A stretch of DNA of 64,000 bases from Malacoraja senta (lineage: Eukaryota): assembly GCA_038087875.1 (NCBI GenBank), contig CM075998.1:1116001-1180000 (forward strand), read 5' to 3'. The notes beneath the pieces were generated by a model that had not been told where the DNA came from, did not search any database, and saw nothing but the letters and a program-made list of their open reading frames with translations. Shown here piece by piece: positions 13,880 through 26,493 of this stretch. Positions within the stretch are counted from its first letter, which is position 1. Each line of letters starts with the position of its first letter. The position numbers and the translations under genes are program-made.

Positions 13880-14620
13880 ACCACACTTGCGCCTCAGACC
13901 CGCCCATTGCTGGCTGACAGATGGCATCCGTGAGCGACAGCGCTCGAGCGTCAATGGAAAGCGCGGGTGCCACGTGCAGCTGACAACGGAGACGACCAGC
14001 AGACCAATCAACGCCCCCGGTACTGCGTCGTCTCTTTCCCCCCCCCCCCGTTGCCGCTTACCCCCCCCCCCCCGGAGCCTCTCCGGCAGCGTGCGGCTGC
14101 GAGCACCGACTGATCTCGGCGCCGTGGCAGTCAACCACGATCTCTCTCCCCCACCCCACCCCACCCCCCCAAACCGCCAACTCAGCCCAATCCCTTCCTC
14201 CTTTACCCCCCCCACACCCCACAAGCAGCACCACAACCCCTCACCTCTCGAACGCCAAGCGGACGAAGAAGATGCCGATCGCCAGCGGGAAAGCGAAGTG
14301 CAAGTCGCTGGCCTGAGGGTATTCGGCGCCATCGGTATTCTTCAGGTCGGCCCAGGTGACGTTGTGAGGGAGCCAGAACCGCTCGTTCCAGAACCAGGCT
14401 GAGAAGCCGGCCATGTTTGCGTGAAGGTGCTGGAGTTCGGAGCCCACTTCTTTCTGGCGCTCCGTCTCTCCCAGGCGGGGCGGCGCCGAGCCGTCTAATA
14501 ACCACAGGCTGACGTCACCGTGAAGGGGCCCGGCCCTTCTCAGTGAACGTCATCTCACACGAAAAGATGCCCTGTGGCGCTGCAATCCGCCACCCGCTGC
14601 AACATGCATCGCAGGAAGGT
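13880..14620. promoter_or_regulatory. CpG island / promoter of the ceramide synthase gene
   Basis: GC- and CpG-rich block around exon 1; GC box GGGGCGG 14477-14483; perfect CRE TGACGTCA 14510-14517; CACGTG at 13971-13976 in intron 1. Confidence 0.7.
14245..14414 (-). CDS. CERS5: Ceramide synthase exon 1 (170 nt)
   Basis: ATG at 14414; [56 protein letters not shown](R), including the NVT glycosylation sequon; donor AG|GTGAGG. Confidence 0.95.
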
Positions 14621-16289
14621 TTTAATGAGACTCCTGCCACATATTAGGTACGAGTTATCGAGTCGATCTGTCAAGCAACGTTCCCATGGGACACTGACCC
14701 TCTCAGGACTTCGCTCAAATACAAGCATCCCAATAACCGACCAACCCCCCAAAGCAAAAGGCTGCAGACGCTGGCTATCTGAGGTAAAAACACAAAAGGC
14801 TGGAATACTCGACAGATCCAGAAGCATCTGTGGGAAACGGGTCACGCTTTCGATCCGTTTCTTCTTTGCAACACCCTCACGGCATTACAATTCCGATGAA
14901 GCATCATTGGCTTGAAGCATGAACTGTTTGTCCACTGATGCTGCCTGTCCTGCCGAGCATTTCCAGCACAGAGTAATTGAGCTGCATAGCATGGAAACAG
15001 GCCTTTCGGTTGAATTTGTCCATGCCGACCATGTTGGCATTCTGGGCTCGTCCCATTTGGCCCATGTCCCCTTAAACCTTTCCTACCTGTATGTCTAAAT
15101 GTATATTGAAAGTGGTAATTTTATATACTTCCACAACTTCCTCTGGCAGATCATTCAGATTTGGACAGGGAGCATTTCAGTCTTATTTTGTGCTGGGGTT
15201 TTTAAATGTAGATTTAACCACAAAATTAAATGATACCCAATTAACAATGTCATGGAGCTTTCATTTCTGTAAAATACAGCATGAATTTCAGGGTCTTCCA
15301 CACTGGTGACAAAAGCTTTCAAACACACCAGAGACAACCGGAGATCAATTCATTTAAAGTAGTATCTCCAACCTCCATATTCTTTCCAAAACCCTTAAAT
15401 GTATTGTCAATTCCCGAATCCATAAACTTCCATTCAGCAGCTCTGTGTTTGAATCTCTCTAATTAGTCATCCACCCCATCATAGTACTTAAAAAGTTCCC
15501 TCAGCGTCACAAGTTACGGTCTGTAATTGTGATAAACTATCCCTTCTCAACCATGTCAGCACAGGTGCAATCTTTGCCACAGTTCATGATAGAATGGCAA
15601 TTTAGGACAAATAAACTATTGATTTGTGGTATTCGTAGAGTCATACGGCACGGAAATTGGCCCAGCTTGCTCAAGGTACCCAAATACACGAGTCCCACCT
15701 GCCCACGTTTGGCCCATATCCCTCTAAACCTTTCCTATCCATGTCCTAATGACTTTTAAATGTTGTTGTAGTTTCTGCCTCAACTACCTTCTCTGGCAGC
15801 TCATTCCATACACCTCTGTGTGGAAAAAAGTGCCAGATAAAATAGAACGGGAAATATTCAGTCAAATCGCTCTTCCTGGCACTCTGTCTCGTTGTCAGTG
15901 TGCTAAAGAACCATGTTCCTGTCACGCATCACGCTCTACATTTGTTCCCATATAATGATGCTTCTAGGATGCCCCAGGTATTGCTATGGTAAAGGTTCTT
16001 TACAAAATTGTTGTGCTATCTGCCATCTTGTCCTAAATGAGTTGACATTTCCTCCAATTAACTTTTGAGAAAGACAACAGCATTGTCTTTAGTTCTAACC
16101 ACAAACTCTATTTTGTAGTCACCAATTCCAGCTCCTTCACTGAAGATGGTTGGTCCCAAGACACTGCCCCGAGGAACTCTTTCAGAGATCTCTGGAGGTC
16201 GATGAGCACAGCCATCATCTTTTATCAAGGTATGACCCTAGTTATTTGATCGTTTTCCCTTTGATGCCATTGTCTTCAGTTTTACAGTG

Positions 16290-17940
16290 TTTCCATGAAA
16301 CCGAGTTAACAGCATGGTTTTAGAGGTTGTCACCCTGCGGCTTAGGGAAAGGCCATGAAAGAAGGAATGGGTGATCGCCAGGGAAGAAAGGCAGGGAGCC
16401 AGAGAAACCTCAGAGTGCATCTCACTCCCAAACCATTTTTTTATGTTAGAAAATGGTGAGGGTGAATGCCTCTGGGGAGAGCAGCTAGAGCCAAGGTGAA
16501 GGCACCGTGTGTGGATCAACTGCATGAGGGGAGTGGAGCAAGAGTTCAAGGGCACTAGTGAGAGACTCAATCGTGAGGGGAAAAGACAAGCGCTTCTGTT
16601 ACCGCTGGCATGGGTCCAGGATTGTGCGTTACCTCCTTGGTACCAGGATCACGGATGTCACTAAATGGCTGCAGGTTATTGTAAAGGGGAGAGTGTTTCA
16701 CATTGGTACTAAATGCTTAGATAAAAAGAGGGATGGGGTCCTGTATTTTGACTTTTGACAATAGATTAAAAAACAGGACCTTACAAATTGGATGGATCGC
16801 ACCTGAACTAGAACAAGTCCCACATATTTGCAGGGAGGTTTGCTGGTGCTTTTGGGAAGGGTTTTAATTAATTTGGCTGGGGAATGGAACATAATGTGGA
16901 TGTGCAGTTGGGGAGGAGGGAATTGTGAAAGAAAAACAAAGTCAGTCCGGAATTGTACAAGGCTAATACAATTTAGCCTTGCATTAGCCTGAGGAGGAAT
17001 GCAAGGTTAAATTGCATCTATTTTAATACAAGGAGTCTGATTAGTAACACAGATGAACTGAAAGCATTGATTAGCACATGGGAAGATGATATTGTTGCAA
17101 TGACAGGGACATGGTTGAAAGAAGGGCAGGACTGGTAACTCAACATTTCAGGCTATAGAAACATCAGGCGTGATAGTGTGGGGATGTAAAAGAGGAGATG
17201 GCATTGCAATATTAATTAAGGAGTCCATTACTGCAGTAATGAGGTAGGATATCCTAGAAGGCTCTTCAAATGAGACCATATGGTTGGAACTTAGAAACAA
17301 AGAGGGAATGATCACTTTGCTATCCCCTTAACGTTGAACAGGATGAAAATGTTTATATGTAGGCAAATCACAGAGATTGTGTAAGAATAATAGCGTTATA
17401 GTAGCATTGGATTATAATTTCTCAAACATTAACTGGTAACACTTTAAAAGGTATAGAAGGGGGAAATTTAAAAAATGCATCCAGAATAGATTTTTGAGCC
17501 GGTACATAGATAGTCCAACTGCAGAAGGGGCAGTACTGGACCTAATCTTAGGGAATGTAACCGGGCAAGTAGTCTGAGTTTCAATGGGAGAGTACAGTCG
17601 AAATAGTCACCATAACTTTGCAGGTCTTAAGGTAGTTATGAAAATGGATAAGATTAGGCCAGAAATTAAAAATTTGGTGGGTGGTGGTTGATTTTGATTT
17701 CATAAGGCAGGACCGGACAAAAATAGACTGGGAGCAGCTACTGCAGACAAATATGCATTCAACAAGTAAGAGTTGTTCAAATGTGAAATAGTGAGCGTTC
17801 AGGGCCACTGTACTCCCTGAAAAGTAAAAGGTAACAAGAGAACCAGTCCTAGAAACCCTGGATGTCAATGGGATATTGAGGGTTAAATAAAACTAAAGAA
17901 GGAAGTGTATTGCAGGCACAGAAAAGTGAAAATGGGGGAA
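16290..17940 (+). mobile_element. Degenerate CR1 LINE 5' portion: ORF1 (SGNH esterase-like) and ORF2 APE endonuclease
   Basis: DSIVRGKDKRFC...GTRITDV...VFHIGT (ORF1 esterase blocks), then LNCIYFNTRSL..NTDELKALI...DIVAMTGTWL and PTAEGAVLDLILGN; many stops. Confidence 0.8.
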
Positions 17941-17949
17941 GCCTGATCA

Positions 17950-18430
17950 AATCATAGAGTCATACAGTGTGGAAACAGGCCCTTCGGTCCAACCTATCCA
18001 CACCTACTAACATGCCCCATCTACACTAGTCCCACCTGCCTGTGTTTGGTCCATATACCTCTAAACCTATCCTATCCATGTATCTGTCTTAATACCTTTA
18101 AAACATTAGGATAGTACCTGCCTCAACTACCACCTCTGGCAGCTCATTTCATACACCTACCACCCTTTGTATAAAAATAGTTGCCCCTCACATTAAATCT
18201 TCCCCCCTCACGTTAAACGCAAACCAATTCCTCTACTCTGGGTAAAATACGCTGTACATTGACCTTATCTATTTCTCTCATGATTTTGTACACCTCTGTA
18301 AGATCACCCCTCATTCCCCTGCGCTCCAAGGAATAAAGTCATAGCCTCATCCTCTCCCTATACCTCAGGCCCTCGAATACTGGCAACATCCTTGCAAATC
18401 TTCTCTGCACCCTTTCCAGCTTGACAACAG
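17950..18430 (-). mobile_element. CR1 LINE 3' end fragment
   Basis: 3' UTR GAAGGGCCTGTTTCCACACTGTATGACTCTATG and degenerate RT C-terminus. Confidence 0.75.
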
Positions 18431-18650
18431 GGGAACTGTGGTAGAGTGAAGTCCATTGGGGGTCTAAAGGGCAATCTGTGTTTGGAACAAGAGAACATAG
18501 GCAAGGAATTCAATTAATACTTCTCATCTGTATTCACTCTTTGGCTCCTCTATTCATTAGTCATTTTGTTATAGAACATATCATGATATCAGAAGAGTGT
18601 TAATGTAATGGACATTTGACATTGGAGGTACAAAACTATAGGAACATAAT

Positions 18651-18974
18651 CAACACCATCCAATCTGCCTGCTCTCAATCATCAACAAAGTGATGGAAGG
18701 TGTCATTGACAGTGCTCCCACTTACTCATCAATAACTCACTCACCGAGGACCAGTCTGTTCCTGACCTCATCAAAGCCTTGGCCCAAACATGGACCAAAG
18801 AGCTAAATTCCACAGTTGGGGTAAAATTGAGATCAATTGCCTTTGATATCGAGGAAGGATTTGACCCAGTGTGGCATCAAGGAGCTCTGGTAAAATTGAA
18901 GTCAATTGGCATTAAAGGGAAAATGTTCCAATGGCTGGAGTCATATTTTGCACAAATAATAATAGTTGTGTTTG
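18651..18974 (+). mobile_element. Internal RT fragment of a CR1/L2-clade LINE
   Basis: PICLLSIINKVMEGVID...IAFDIEEGFDPVWHQGALVKLKSIGIKGKMFQWLESY. Confidence 0.8.
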
Positions 18975-19319
18975 TTGGAGGTACAAAACTATAAGAACAT
19001 AATAATCATCATAGAATGATAACAGCAGGTTCAATTCACTGGGATGGAAGCTTCAGAAAAAGATGAGGCATTAAATACTTCATATTAGTTTATGTGGAGA
19101 GTTGGCTTTAAGTCTGAAACTATAACATTTTGGGAATTTTAATGCTATCATATGTTGCTCCTATGTAACATGGAAGTCTTTTGGCCAATCGTCATTTTAA
19201 GTAGTGAAGTAAACTTACCTTATAAATGGCATTGCACCTCTTTGAAGCATCTCAAATGCCTCCCTGTATAATGGAGCCTGATTGCACTTGCCTTCAATAG
19301 TTGCTGCCTCTGGACCAGC

Positions 19320-19870
19320 CACATAAATGCTGTGACTCCAAGAGCAGGTCACACACTGGGTATTCTGCGGCAGGTGACTCACGTCCTGACATCCCGTAGC
19401 CTTTCTATCTTCTGTAAGGCACAAGTCAGAAGCGTAATGGAATATCCTCTACTTGTCTGGATGAATGCAGCTCCAACATACTCAAGAAGCTTAATATCTT
19501 GCAGCCTGCTTGATTGGCACCCCATCCGCCACCCTCAACATTTATTCCCTCCACCACAGGCACGCTGTGGTTGCAACACGCAAACCAGTCACCTCTTCCA
19601 CCAAGGACAGGGGTAGCAAGCACAAGACAACACTGCCACCTGCAGGTTTCATTCCAAGCGGCACATTGTCCTGACCTGGAAATATATTGCTGTTCTTTGA
19701 TCATCACTGGGTCCAACTCTCTTCCTGACACCACTATGAGTACATCTTCAACAGAATGATTGCATCAGTTCAAGAAGATAGCTCACCACCACCTTCTCAA
19801 GGGCAATTAGATGTGAGCATAAAATGCTGGCCCTACCAATGATGCCCATGTTCCAAAAAGTGAATTAAAA
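19320..19870 (+). mobile_element. 3' portion of a CR1/L2-clade LINE, likely the same family as 18651-18974
   Basis: RAGHTLGILRQVTH.LT..SLSIFCKAQVRSVMEYPLLVWMNAAPT and a 3' UTR. Confidence 0.75.
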
Positions 19871-20184
19871 CATAACAGTCCCATTCGATCTAACAGACTG
19901 ACAAGCTGTGCCTTGGTTTAGCATCTGAGCCACAATACCTTCAAAGGTGCACGCTCCCTCAGTATGGTACTGAAATGTTGGTCGAGTTTTATTTTGCTTG
20001 ATTCCCTAGCGCTGAACTTGAATGTACAACCTTCTGACTCAGAGGCAAGAGGACTACAATGTGAGCTGACCTGATATGCCAACAACATAGCACATGTTGA
20101 TGAATAAATGGAAATGAGTTGTTGACAGCATTTTGTTTGCCTCAGGACTCCTCTCTCCCATTCAGCAAACTGTGATTTGTGGTT

Positions 20185-20445
20185 TAGAAACATAGAAAAT
20201 AGGTGCAGGAGTAGGCCATTCGGCCCTTTGAGCCAGCACCGCCATTCAATGTGGTCATGGCTGATCATCCAAAATCAGTACCCCGTTCTGGCTTTTTCCC
20301 CATATCCCTTGATTCCCTTAGCCCTAAGAGCTAAATCGAACTCTCTTGAAAACATCCAGTGAATTGGCTTCCACTGCCTTCTGTGGCAGAGAATTCCACA
20401 GATTCACAACTCTCTGGGTGAAAAAGTTTACCCTCATCTCAGTTT
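20185..20445 (-). mobile_element. CR1 (HER1-like) 3' end
   Basis: Nearly identical to 3695-3848 joined to 4158-4260. Confidence 0.85.
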
Positions 20446-21419
20446 AAATCCAAATCAAATCCAAGATTGACTTGAAAATTATTCCCTTTATCTTTAATAC
20501 TTTGCAATATCTCACAGAATATTCAAAACTATTATCAAAGGAATAGCAACCATTTGTTGCAGGATATATTAAGAGAGAGAAAGCTGTCAGCACTGCCTTG
20601 TATAACCAGCATGCATCTTAAACAATTTAGCGGTATTGGTAGAAACCCAAGATGTAACAAGCCCTGCCCTGAAATAAACAGCTCAATTCCATAATCTTTA
20701 CAATACAATTTGAGAAATTGGCATGATGTATGATACAGAGCAGATATTAATATTTTTCTTCCCTCTCAGAGGTATCTCCCAATACTACACTTTGCTACCT
20801 TTCCATTTGTGCTCACAGCCCATTGTACCACACCCAAACACCAATTCATCATGTATAAATCTTGACAGTCCTATTCAGGGAGCTGTTGGATCACAATTTT
20901 GTCCGCAGTGAATGATACTGTCTTCTGCCAGTAGAGGGGTGAATTATAAGCTGGCCAAAATCCTCCTCCCATACTGTGGATTGCTGAGGGGCAATGATCA
21001 CCCTGTTATGTTCTACCTCTCTGGTTGAATTTATTCACTGGCTAAACTTACTGAGCAATTAAAAGAGCTGATTTACAGTTTGAATGCAGAAAATATTATG
21101 CCATGGAGATTTATTAGCATCTAACTTCCTTCTTTTGCATAATTAGAGCCAATTTATTTTATATGTCAGTTTCCTCTGCTCTCCTACTGCTCCCCCCCCC
21201 ACACCCCAACCCCACAGGTACTCCCCCATCTTACAACATACAAAGTTTTCTTGCCAAATATAACATTCTAGCAAACATTCCCTTATTCATTAGGAAGGTA
21301 CAGCACCTAGATCATGATGAATATAACGATTCTGGCGTTTAGGTGGAGTGAGATTTTTCACCATGGTTTCCAGGCATGCGATTAAACATAATAAACATGG
21401 TTGACGGACAGCTTCTAGT

Positions 21420-23150
21420 GAAACAGGGGTATCCAGCCTCTCCTTGTAAGTAAAGCCTTCCATTCCAGGCAACATTCTGGTGAATCTCTTCTGCACTTTC
21501 TATTGCTACCACATCTTTTCTGTAGTGTGGCTTTATACAGCTGCATGACATCCCAATTCTTATACTTAATGCCTCAGCCTATGAAGGCAAGCCTGCGCAT
21601 TCCTTCTCTATGACTCCATCCACTTGTGTCACCATTTTCAAAGAGCTATGAACTTGCACCTCAGGCCTCTCTGTACATCAACACTCCGGAGATCCCTAGC
21701 ATTTGCTGTATATTTCCTGTCAGTACTTGATATCTCAAAATGTATTACCTGTCATTAACCAGTATAAAATCCTATATTTGGAGCAGAGATTAAAGACTTC
21801 AGAAGGTCGCTGAACAACACTTTGGGGAGTCACCAATATGACAGGAAGAATGTAAATTTTTGCACAATAAATGTTTTGAACATTATCTAAAGTGGTGATG
21901 GACTGATTCGTTTTCAGAGGAACTGCAAATAGAACTGAAGATTGCACAATATTTGAGTCATGGAGAGATACAGTGTGGAAACGGGCCCTTTAACCTACTG
22001 AGTCCATGCTGACCACCAAGCACCCACTTACTCGTGAACACCCACTCGTTTGACCTTATGAATGAGAGAAGGTCATTGAGGAAGCAGCTGAAGACAGTTG
22101 ACCTCAGAACCCTGCCCTGAGGTGCGCCTGCTACAATGTCCTGGATCTTAGATAATTGCCTCAAACAAGTACAACCATCTTTATATAGGAGAGGTACTAC
22201 CCCATCTGGTGGAGAGTATTGACTTGCTGGTTTCCATTGACTTCAACTTCACTGGAGCTCCTTGATCAAAAATTTGACCACACGCTTGGTCAAATGCTGC
22301 CTTGATATCAGGGTCTCTGTCTCTGAACGTTTTGAGCAAAAAACAAAGTGTTGAAGGCACTCAGTGGGTCAGGTATCATCTGTGGGGGGAATGAATTGAC
22401 GATGTTTCGGGTCGGGACCCTTCTTCAGATAGGCCCAGACTCTGAGCTTTTGTCCAGTAAGTAAGCTATAGTTGACATTTAAAGGATGACTATATAGAGT
22501 TTGTACAGCATAGAAACCTGGCCCTTCAACCCACCGTGTCTGTGTTGACCACTACGTTCATCTATATTAATACCAATTGCCTGCATTAATTTCATATCAG
22601 TCCTTGCTCATTCAAGTACCTATTCAGATGCCTCTTAAAGGATGGTACTGTTCCTGCCTCCATCACCTCCTCTGGCAGCTCATTCCCGATACCAACTAAT
22701 CTGTGTGAAAAACCTACACCTCAGATTCCTTTTAAGTTTCCTACCCACTTTATACCTATGGTCTCTAGTTTCAGATATTTCGACCATGCAAAATAAACTC
22801 TGGTTTCTCATAATTTTAGATACCTCTATAGTATCATCTCTCAGCTTCTTTCATACCAGGGTAAACAGACCCAGCCTATCCAATCTCTCCTTACAACTCA
22901 AGTCCTCCAATCCAACTTGCCCACACCGACCAACATGTCCTATCTATACTAGTCCGACCTGCCTGCGTTTGGCACAAATCCCTCTAAACCTGTCCTATCC
23001 ATGTTCCTGTCTAAATGTTTCTTAAACGTTGCGATAGTACCTGCCTCAACTACCATCTCCGGCAGCTCGTTCTATACACCCACCACTCTATGTGTGAAAA
23101 TGTTACCCCTCAGGTTCCTATTAAATCTTTCCCCATCACCTTAAACCTAT
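21420..23150 (-). mobile_element. Cluster of LINE fragments (CR1 RT and 3' ends, L2-clade RT piece) with one Penelope-tail copy at 22331-22430
   Basis: MQKRFTRMLPGMEGFTYKERL; GAPQGRVLRSTVFSCFLNDL; repeated CR1 3' UTRs. Confidence 0.7.
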
Positions 23151-24269
23151 GTCAAAATACAATAAAATCTTGTCAGAATACAATAAAGCACAATGGAGGG
23201 AGCTTCATACCTGACTATGTTATCTGAACTGAGAATACAGTACCTGACATTCACTGCCAAACCATCTTGTTAATCTGCTAATTTGACAAGTTCAAAATGT
23301 ATCAATTATAACTTAATCCAAAATGCCAACACGGATTTTGGTATTTGTGTTCTGGCAATGATATGGTGCATTAGCCACTTTCTGTAGCACTGTTTTTAAA
23401 CAGCTCAGCATGGCTCAATTTTGTATTTATAATTCATAATAAACTGTAGTGCAGGCAAAAAACATTTTCACATATTTCTCTTTGTATGCTTCCAGAGTGA
23501 AAATTATGAAACAAAAATTGGTCAATGGATTAAGTTAAAAGAACAAAACATTTCTGTTTTGCCAAACAGCAAAGACATACAATGGTTCCATCAGCCAGTT
23601 TGTATTGTACTGCACTTGTTCAAGGATGTGCATATCCTGCCCTGTTGTTTGTGACACATCCTGTAATGTCCTAGTTTTATACAACCACAATTTGATAAAA
23701 AGTTGTTAATGTAAAACCATAAGAACGATCCACAGTGCTTCAGTGTGATAACTACTTATAGTATGCGGCGCTGAAGGAGACAAAAGAACGGCTAACATAA
23801 AATAATAAAATTGATTTACTTTTTATCAATTTTGGTTAAGTGACTAAGTTAATCAACCAACAAAGGAGTTTATTACTAAGTAATTCAAGCTCAAATTCAC
23901 TTTCACACCTGATATTAATTCAATTGATGGGTCTTTGACCACATAATAACCCTTTGAAACAAAGTTTCAACTTGATCTAAAATTTAATTTCACTCTTTAC
24001 AAGTGCGAGGAAAAAAATCATACATATAAATTGATATTTCTCCAGCAGTGTGTAAAGAAGTTACCCCTCAGCTTCCTATTAAATCTTTCTCCCCTCACCT
24101 TAAACCTATGTTCTGTTGTTCTTGATTCCCCTACTCTGGGCAAAAGACTGCATTTACCCAATCTATTCCTCTCATGATTTTGTACCCCTCTATATAATTA
24201 TTCCTCATCCTCCTGCGCTCCAAGGAACCTATCCTGCTCAACCTCTCCATTTAGCTCAGGCCCTTGAGA

Positions 24270-24880
24270 GGTCAGTTCAAGAATCTGATAACGGTGGGAA
24301 AGAAGCTGTTCTTGAATCTGGTGGTACGTGCTTTCAACCTTTTGTGCCTTCTACATGACAGGAGAGGGGAGAAGAGAATGACTGGGGTGTGAGCGGTCCA
24401 TGATGTAGGCTGCTTTCCTGAGGCAGTGTGAAACATAGATGGAGCCAATGGAGGGGGAGGCTGCTTTGTACGATAGACTGTCGTTCACAACTCTGCAATT
24501 TCTTGTCATTTTGGGCAGAGCATTTGCCATACAAAGCTGTGATGTATCCTGATAGGATGCTTTCTATGGTGAATCTGTAGAAACTGATGAGTCATTGGAG
24601 ACATGTCGAATTTCTTTCATCTTCTGAGGAAGTAGAGACATTGGTGTGCTTTCTTAGGTGTTATCAATGTGGTTGGACCAGGTCACATTGTTGGTGAAAT
24701 TTACATTTAGGAACTTGAAACTCATATTCACCTCCACTTTAGCACCATTGATAAAGACTGGGGTGTGTAGTCCACTCCATTTCCTGAAGTCAATGACCAG
24801 TCCTTTATTTTGATGACATTAAGAGGGAGGTTGTTGTCCTGATACCATGCTCCTCGGCTCTCTATCACCTTTCTGTATAC
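24270..24880 (-). mobile_element. Rex1/Babar LINE 3' RT fragment
   Basis: Reverse strand reads KARTTRFKNSFFPTVIRFLN and KGLVIDFRK. Confidence 0.75.
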
Positions 24881-24948
24881 GTCCACCCCGGGTCCACCAC
24901 AGCAAGAACATAGCTAGGTAACAGTTACCACATGGCAGTTACCACATT

Positions 24949-25240
24949 GGCAGCACAGTGACACAGCGGTATAGTTGCTGCCTTACAGCGTCAGAGGCTC
25001 AGGTGCGATCCTGATTACGGGTGCTGTCTATGTGGAGTTTGCACGTTCTCCCTGTGACCGCATGGGTTTTCTCAGGGTGCTCCGGTTTTCTCCCACAATC
25101 CAAGGACATACAGGTTTGTAGGTTAATTGGCTTCTGTAATTGTAAAAATTGTCCCTATTGTGTAGGATAGCGCTAGTGTCGGCGCGGAATCGTTGGGCCG
25201 AAGGACCTATTTCCGTGCTGTATCTCTAAAGTCTAAAGTA
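24949..25240 (+). mobile_element. tRNA-derived V-SINE (HE1-like)
   Basis: tRNA-like head with A/B-box remnants, V-domain GTGGAGTTTGCACGTTCTCCCTGTG..., CR1-like tail GGGCCGAAGG.CCT.TTTCC.TGCTGTATCTCTAAA. Confidence 0.8.
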
Positions 25241-25713
25241 AAGAAGCCTGCAGTCCTGCAGTGCTGGCAAATCCATTCCACCAGTCTCTTAAACACTCGC
25301 TCATATGTACACGTTGTACGTTAGTCAGGAGTTTGTAACCTAGGGAGGACCTATATTATTTCAATGGAAATCAAATGACTGCAAATACTTCGAAATCTAA
25401 ATGAAAATGAATGAATGAATACTTTATTGTCATTATAACATGTAAACATGTACAACAAAATTAAAAATGCCAACCAGTCAGTGCACCATTCACACATTAT
25501 CTAAAAGCTAACGATACGTAAAAGAGAAATGTCTAAAATAAACAACTAAAATAAATAACATGAAAAAAAACCAAGCTGAACATGAACCTGGCACAAAGCC
25601 ATGCTGACTATCCCTATTCTGCCCTCACCTTTCAAATGCACATAGACTTTGTCAGAAGCCTTTCCAGTAACATATCCACCATAGTTGTGAGGCACCCGCT
25701 GAGTTTCTCCAGC

Positions 25714-25924
25714 GATGAGAGATTAGAGATTCCTTTATTTGTCATTCAGACCTTTCAGTCTGAACGAAATTTCGTTGCCTGCAGTCATACATATAATAAT
25801 AAATAACAAAACACACAATAAACACAAATTAACATCCACCACAGTGAGTTCACCAGGCACCTCCTCACTGTGATGGAGGCAAAAGTCTTAAAGTCTCTGT
25901 CTCTTCCCTCTTTGTTCTTCCTCT
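25714..25924 (-). mobile_element. Non-autonomous retroelement (hairpin family) with 22-bp TSD, nested in a Penelope-tail fragment
   Basis: GCACCCGCTGAGTTTCTCCAGC at 25692-25713 and 25925-25946. Confidence 0.8.
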
Positions 25925-26466
25925 GCACCCGCTGAGTTTCTCCAGCATTTTTGTCTACCTTCGATTTTCCAGCATCTGCAGTTCCTTCTTAAACACAGTT
26001 GTGAGGCTTACAGGTCTGTAGTTCCAAGACTTTTCCTTGTAGCCTTTCTTGAATAGATATCCACTGCTTCTACAGAAATGCAAGACTAGCTAGATGTAAA
26101 AACAAGTAACTGCAGATGCTGCCTTACCCAAAAGGACATAAAGAACTTGAGTAACTCAACGAGTCAAGCAGCATCTCTGGAGAACATGGCCAGGTGACGT
26201 TTCGGGTCGGGACCCTTCTGCAAGGCTATCTTGTACTTGTGATTTTTTAAAACACTAATGGGTGAGTTTCCCGTCCGGTCCCTATGTAAGTGTAAGTTTG
26301 GACAGGGGACACTTGCACCTGTACCAGGCCCCGTACCGAAGGTTTTGAATATTCAGAGCGGTGCTGAGTTCCTGCCAATGTGCCTGGTCCGTTCGATCAG
26401 TTGGGGAAATGGGGAGGAGGAGAATGATCGTGATCCCAGGGGCAGGACGGGTGTCACTGATGGCCC

Positions 26467-26493
26467 TGACAGACAGACAGACAGACAGACAGA
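26467..26493. repeat. (GACA)n microsatellite
   Basis: gacagacagacagacagacagacaga. Confidence 0.9.

Larger units (their letters stand above)
1565..14414 (-). other. CERS5: Ceramide synthase gene (CERS5/CERS6 type, leaning CERS5), 5' part only: coding exons 1-3; remaining exons lie beyond the left edge
   Basis: Three in-phase GT-AG exons of 170, 106 and 131 nt. They encode [24 protein letters not shown]..., [35 protein letters not shown] and the Hox-like domain [63 protein letters not shown] and GIFFVRL resemble human CERS5; the N-terminus and IQANGP resemble CERS6, so orthology is not certain. Confidence 0.75.

Noticed and set aside
13838-14505. Several overlapping 100-170 aa ORFs, including an N-terminal extension [11 protein letters not shown] of the ceramide synthase
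   Set aside because: These are by-products of the CpG island. The extension starts at GTG; the conserved start is the ATG at 14414.
19212-19330. Strong minus-strand donor AG|GTAAGT with a short open frame upstream of CERS
   Set aside because: No homology, the frame runs into an antisense LINE fragment, and no partner exon was found.
24949-25030. tRNA-like sequence (also at 40908, 50862 and 37230-37305)
   Set aside because: These are SINE heads followed by the V-domain and LINE-derived tail, not complete cloverleaf tRNA genes.
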